This document shows positions 59,477 through 64,000 of a stretch of DNA of 64,000 bases, one piece after another (the stretch's first letter is position 1; each line of letters starts with the position of its first letter). A program made the translations under genes and the position numbers. The notes beneath the pieces were generated by a model. It was not told where the DNA came from. It ran no database searches and worked only from the letters and a program-made list of their open reading frames with translations. The stretch is from Takakia lepidozioides (lineage: Eukaryota; Plantae; Bryophyta): NCBI GenBank assembly GCA_030704615.1, contig CM060731.1, positions 61,256,001 through 61,320,000 on the forward strand. Direction: 5' to 3'.

Positions 59477-62400
59477 GAAAGTATCCAAAAACAGATAATA
59501 GAGGCGAGGAGAAGTGTTGGAATGAGTATTTGTTGGACCCCAGTCAATGGTGGGACAATCGAGGCAAAAAGGTGAATACCTGTTAGACTACAGAGAGAAG
59601 CAGACAACAAGATGCATCACAAAGCTTTATTGGAAATTGTCATCCCCTATCTCTCCCCAGCACATTTTATAAGTCTTGGGAGCAATTCAGCCTAGGAACT
59701 AGTGTGTGATAAGTAAGGTTGGGGTGTTGGCTAGAGCAAACCAGGATGTCATTGTCAGCTGCTAGCAGTAAGGCGAGGATCTATAAATTACTGGTGCAGA
59801 GGCAGGGATAGCTGAAGGAGCAGGGATGGAGTGTGGGTCCAGATTCATCCAAGAGGGCAGGATTTCAAGCACAAGATTATGTATGATTCCCTGTGGATCG
59901 ATAGCTACAAGAAACCTGCATGGGTAGATGGTCAACGGGAAGCAGCAGCACAGTTGATAAATCCAGGCACCTCCACTATGACCATAGCTTCCGATAGACG
60001 GCCAAGAGAGGGAGGTCACACTGCCTCTTCCGGCACTTTTGGGCATGTGAGGATGCTGTGTGAGGCAGGGCAACTGAAAGAGGCTCTACAGACTTTATAC
60101 GAAGGACAAACTTCAGCAGATTCAGATACTTACGTCTGTCTCTTGCATAAGTGCACCAAGATGAAAGGCCTGGAAGCTGGAAAGCAGGTGCACGCTCACA
60201 TTATCCAAAGTGGATTCAAACCCAATGTTTTTATACACAACACCCTGGTCAACATGTATGTTAAGTGTGGGAGCATCATGGATGCACACCAAGTGTTTAA
60301 CAAAATGCCTGAACGAGGTTTGATCACGTGGAATATAATGATGGCAGGATTTACCAAGCATGGGTGTGGTAGGAATGCATTGGAGACTTATGAGCAAATG
60401 ATGCAGGAAGGGGTGAAGCCCAACCATAACACGTTTGTTTGCATTTGCAATGCATGTGCAAGCCTTGCAGCCCTCGAAAAGGGCAAAGAGGTCCATGGTG
60501 ACATCATCAAAGCTGGAATTGTACCAGATGTCGTTCTGAACACCGCCCTGATGAACATGTATGCTAAATGTGGGAGCATCCAGGATGCAAAGGGAGTGTT
60601 CAACAATATGCCTGAACAAAATGTGGTGTCCTGGAGTGCTATGATTGCAGGATATGCGCGGCATGGGTGTGGGATGGAGGCTTTGGAGACCTATGAGCAA
60701 ATGATGCGGGAAGGGGTGAAGCCCAACCAGGTCACGTTCATTTGCGTTTGCAATGCGTGTGCAAGCCTGGCAGCCTTGGAAAAGGGCAAAGAGGTCCATG
60801 GTGACATCATCAAAGCTGGAATTGTACCAGGTGTCATTCTGAACACTGCCCTGGTGGACATGTATGCCAAATGCGGGAGCATCAAAGATGCAAAGGGAGT
60901 TTTCAACAATATGACTGCACGAGATGTAGTGTCCTGGAGTGCTATGATCGCACGATATGCAGAGCATGGGTGTGGGATGGAGGCTTTGGAGACCTATGAG
61001 CAAATGATGCGGGAAGGGGTGAAGCCAGACCGGGTCACGTTCGTTTGCATTTGCAATGCATGTGCGAGCTTGGCAGCCCTGGAAAAGGGCAAAGAGGTCC
61101 ATGGTGACATCATCAAAACGGGAATTGTACCAGGTGTCATTCTGAACACTGCCCTGGTGGACATGTATGCCAAATGCGGGAGCATCGAAGATGCAAAGGC
61201 AGTGTTCGACAATATGGCTGAACGAGATGTGGTGTCCTGGAGTGCTTTGATTGCAGGATATGCGCAGCATGGGTGTGGGATGGAGGCTTTGGAGACCTAT
61301 GAGCGAATGATGCGGGAAGGGCTGAAGCCGGACCGAGTCACGTTCGTGTCCGTTTGCAATGCATGTGCGAGCCTGGCAGCCCTGGGAAAGGGCAAAGAGG
61401 TCCATGGTGACATTGTCAAAGCTGGAATTGTACCAGATGTCTTTCTGAACACTGCCCTGGTGGACATGTATGCCAAATGCGGGAGCATCGAAGATGCAAA
61501 GGGAGTGTTCGACCATATGGCCAAACGAAATGTGGTGTCCTGGAACTCGATGATCGCAGGATATGCACAGCAGGGGAGCGGGATGGAGGCTTTGGAGACC
61601 TATGAGCAAATGATTCGGGAGGGGGTGAAGCCCGACCACATCACGTTTGTTTGCGTTTGCAATGCTTGTGCGAGTCTGGCAGCCCTGGAAAAGGGCAAAG
61701 AGGTCCATGGTGACATCGTCAAAGCTGGAATTGCACCAGATGTCATTCTGAACAATACCCTCGTGGACATGTATGCTAAATGTGGGCGCATTGAGGATGC
61801 AAAGAGAGTGTTCGATAGTATGGCTGAACGAAATGTGGTGTCCTGGAATGCGATGATGGCAGGATATGCCCAGCATGGTTATGATATGGAGGCCCTGCAA
61901 CTATTGGAAGAAATGCTAGTAGGAGGCTTGAAGCTGGACAGTATCACTTTTCTATGTGTTCTCTCTGCATGTAGCCATGCTGGCCTAGTGGATGAAGGAA
62001 AATACTACTTTGACTCCCTCAGTCAAGATCATGGCATCACTCCAGCACAGGAGCACTTTGGCTCCATGGTGGACCTTCTTGGCCGTGCGGGGCGATTGGA
62101 TGAGGCAGAGGACCTCATTAATAAAATGCCAATCAAACCAAATGCTGTGGTGTGGATGGCCTTGCTTGGTGCTTGCAGAATCCACGGCAATGTCCAGATG
62201 GCTGAACGTGTGGCGACATCTATTCTCAAGTGGGATGAACAGGACGCCGCAACTTATGTGTTGCTATCAAACATCTATGCCGCAGCTGGCAGGTGGGACG
62301 ATAGTGCAAAGGTGAGAAATATGATGAAGGTCAGAGGGGTTAGAAAGGAGCCAGGTCGCTGCTGCATTGAGATCAGCAACAGGGTGCACACCTTTGTTGG

Positions 62401-62752
62401 AGATGAGAAATTGCATCCAAAAATTGAGGAAATCCATGCTGAGCTGGGAAGATTGTATGGTCAGATGAAGGAGGCAGGGTATGTGCCTGACAAATGCTTT
62501 GTACCGCATGATGTGCAGCAAGAGGAAATTTCTCTTTGCCACCACAGTGAGAGGCTGGCCATTGGTTTTGGGCTGATCAGCACAGCCCCTAGGACGCCTC
62601 TGCGTCTCATCAAGAATCTTCGGGTGTGTGGTGACTGCCACACCTCCACCAAGTTCATCTCAAAGATTGTTGGCCGAGCAATTGTTGTACGGGACGCTTA
62701 CCGCTTTCACCATTTCGAAGATGGGGTTTGTTCTTGTGGCGATTACTGGTGA
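59477..62752 (+). CDS. PLS-class PPR-DYW C-to-U RNA editing factor with N-terminal PDF motif (5' end probably near 58.3 kb)
   Basis: Exon 59477-59571 (EEKCWNEYLLDPSQWWDNRGKK) splices in phase to 59843-62752 (IHPRGQDFKHKIMYDSLWIDSYKKPAWV, 20 PPR motifs, E1/E2, HHSERLA, CGDCH, CGDYW). Confidence 0.93.
60330..61870 (+). repeat. 303-bp tandem repeat (PLS triplet, ~5 near-identical copies)
   Basis: GGCAAAGAGGTCCATGGTGACAT recurs every 303 bp (60482, 60785, 61088, 61391, 61694). Confidence 0.95.
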
Positions 62753-64000
62753 AATAATGTATTTTTGGAAAGGTGCGAGTGTCTTGCGTCTCGCTTCTTT
62801 CATTGATCTGCGTAGCTACTCAGTTTATCCACCATTTCTGAGGATATTGACTATGATGTACTGTTGAGGGCATTTCCTCTGGTATATCCACCTTCCAATA
62901 GCCGGTAGTGGGGTCTACCCGGCACAGGTGGAAAGTCAGCCCAAAATTGCACGTGACTGGAGCAGGTAATGAGTGAATGGGGGATTTTGACTGACTCTGG
63001 TGAAGTGGAAGGAAATCAGAGTGATGTCCTAATTCTGGTGTGGATGGTGGAGTCTCTTCAAAGCTGGAAAATGAGAGCGAATACGATTCGTAACGAGCAT
63101 GATTAGAGGGCCAGCCTCGTGCACAAGTTTATTCAGCATCTTAAATGTGGACATGTTTGTATGTTTCTCATGGTGCTGCTGAAAGAGCCCATGACTAACT
63201 TGCATAAAAGTCTGCATAGTGATTATAATGGTATTTGGGTATTCTGTTATTGATTGATGCAGCATGAACGGGATTGCATGACTCCCTCACACTATAACAT
63301 CGGTTTGTGCTATTCAAGGTTGGGGGACAGAGTCCACCCCCACTTCAGAACACAATTGCCTACAGTTGAAGACCAGATTTTGGAGCATGTATGAAACAAT
63401 TGTTGATAGTTCATGCAGCGATTGGTGATACTGCTGGTGTTCTGGGAAGCAGGTGCTGAGTGCTGACATGAGGCCCAGCCAGTGTTCTCAAAAGCTGCTT
63501 GAGCTGCCGGTCTCCAACAAGCTGATCCCATGAAGGTCACCCACCCTGACCTTGCTGTTTAGTTGTAGGCCGTGCATGGGCCGGACCACTGTAACCCCTC
63601 ATTTCATTGGGGAACCGGCCAGCGAAGGCAGCGCTATATTCTGATGCAATTTCATGAAATTTTGGACTCTGAGCAGCCATAATTTTTCTCCCCTCTTGGC
63701 TCGGGTTGGACAGCTCTTACATTCAATCGGACCCGGGATTCATGAAGTTAGGAATGTTTGAATAAAAGTGTGCTACCCCAAACGGATGTTAGGGGTTAAC
63801 AATATGCCATGAATGGCGTTACAAGTTACAACCAACACACGACAGGGTTGATCAATTTGAAAATGGTTGCCGTGTAAATCAAGAAAAATGGCGATGTCTC
63901 AAGGCAAAGGCCGGACGTTTCCGACCGATATACTATTGAGTGATATGCTTAATTTCGGGATAATCACTAATAAATGGACTGCAATGGATGATTGAGGACT

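Noticed and set aside
60122-61900. 592-aa antisense ORF and similar ORFs opposite both PPR genes
   Set aside because: Shadow frames produced by the 303-bp repeat and codon bias; no independent motifs.
63590-63800. Another small TTAA/CCCC-ended element
   Set aside because: The right side reads TTAGGGG|TTAA but the left side (GTAA|CCCCTCA) matches poorly; insufficient support.

Overview
Eukaryotic, intron-rich nuclear DNA from a non-seed land plant, most plausibly a bryophyte (inference: a CCDC57-like centriolar gene implies flagellated sperm; also PLS-DYW editing factors, a hydrolase-type NLR and a chromovirus). Left to right: (1) a multi-exon CCDC57-like gene on the minus strand (start ~17454, running off the left edge) with introns full of RTEX-type LINE and tRNA-SINE fragments. 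(2) A transposon nest: TTAA-flanked piggyBac-like element holding a Tc1/mariner MITE, an abutting hAT MITE and a truncated Gypsy chromovirus. (3) A decayed, spliced gene for a prokaryote-type beta-class DNA amino-methyltransferase (N6-A/N4-C family) in a transposon-like segment, with seven palindromes in one intron and a solo LTR in one exon. (4) A TSC10/KDSR-like SDR gene and a VMA12/TMEM199-like gene. (5) An L1 3' fragment, then a TTAA-ended element carrying a decayed ParB/Srx-like gene. (6) A rearranged hydrolase-NB-ARC-LRR pseudogene and an acyl-activating-enzyme fragment. (7) Two head-to-head PLS-DYW PPR genes whose upstream exons encode the OSB-type 'PDF' ssDNA-binding motif. Best candidates for undescribed biology: a transposon-borne ParB-like/amino-methyltransferase system with a parS-like palindrome array, and PDF-motif/PPR-DYW fusions. 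All assignments come from manual reading; no searches were run.
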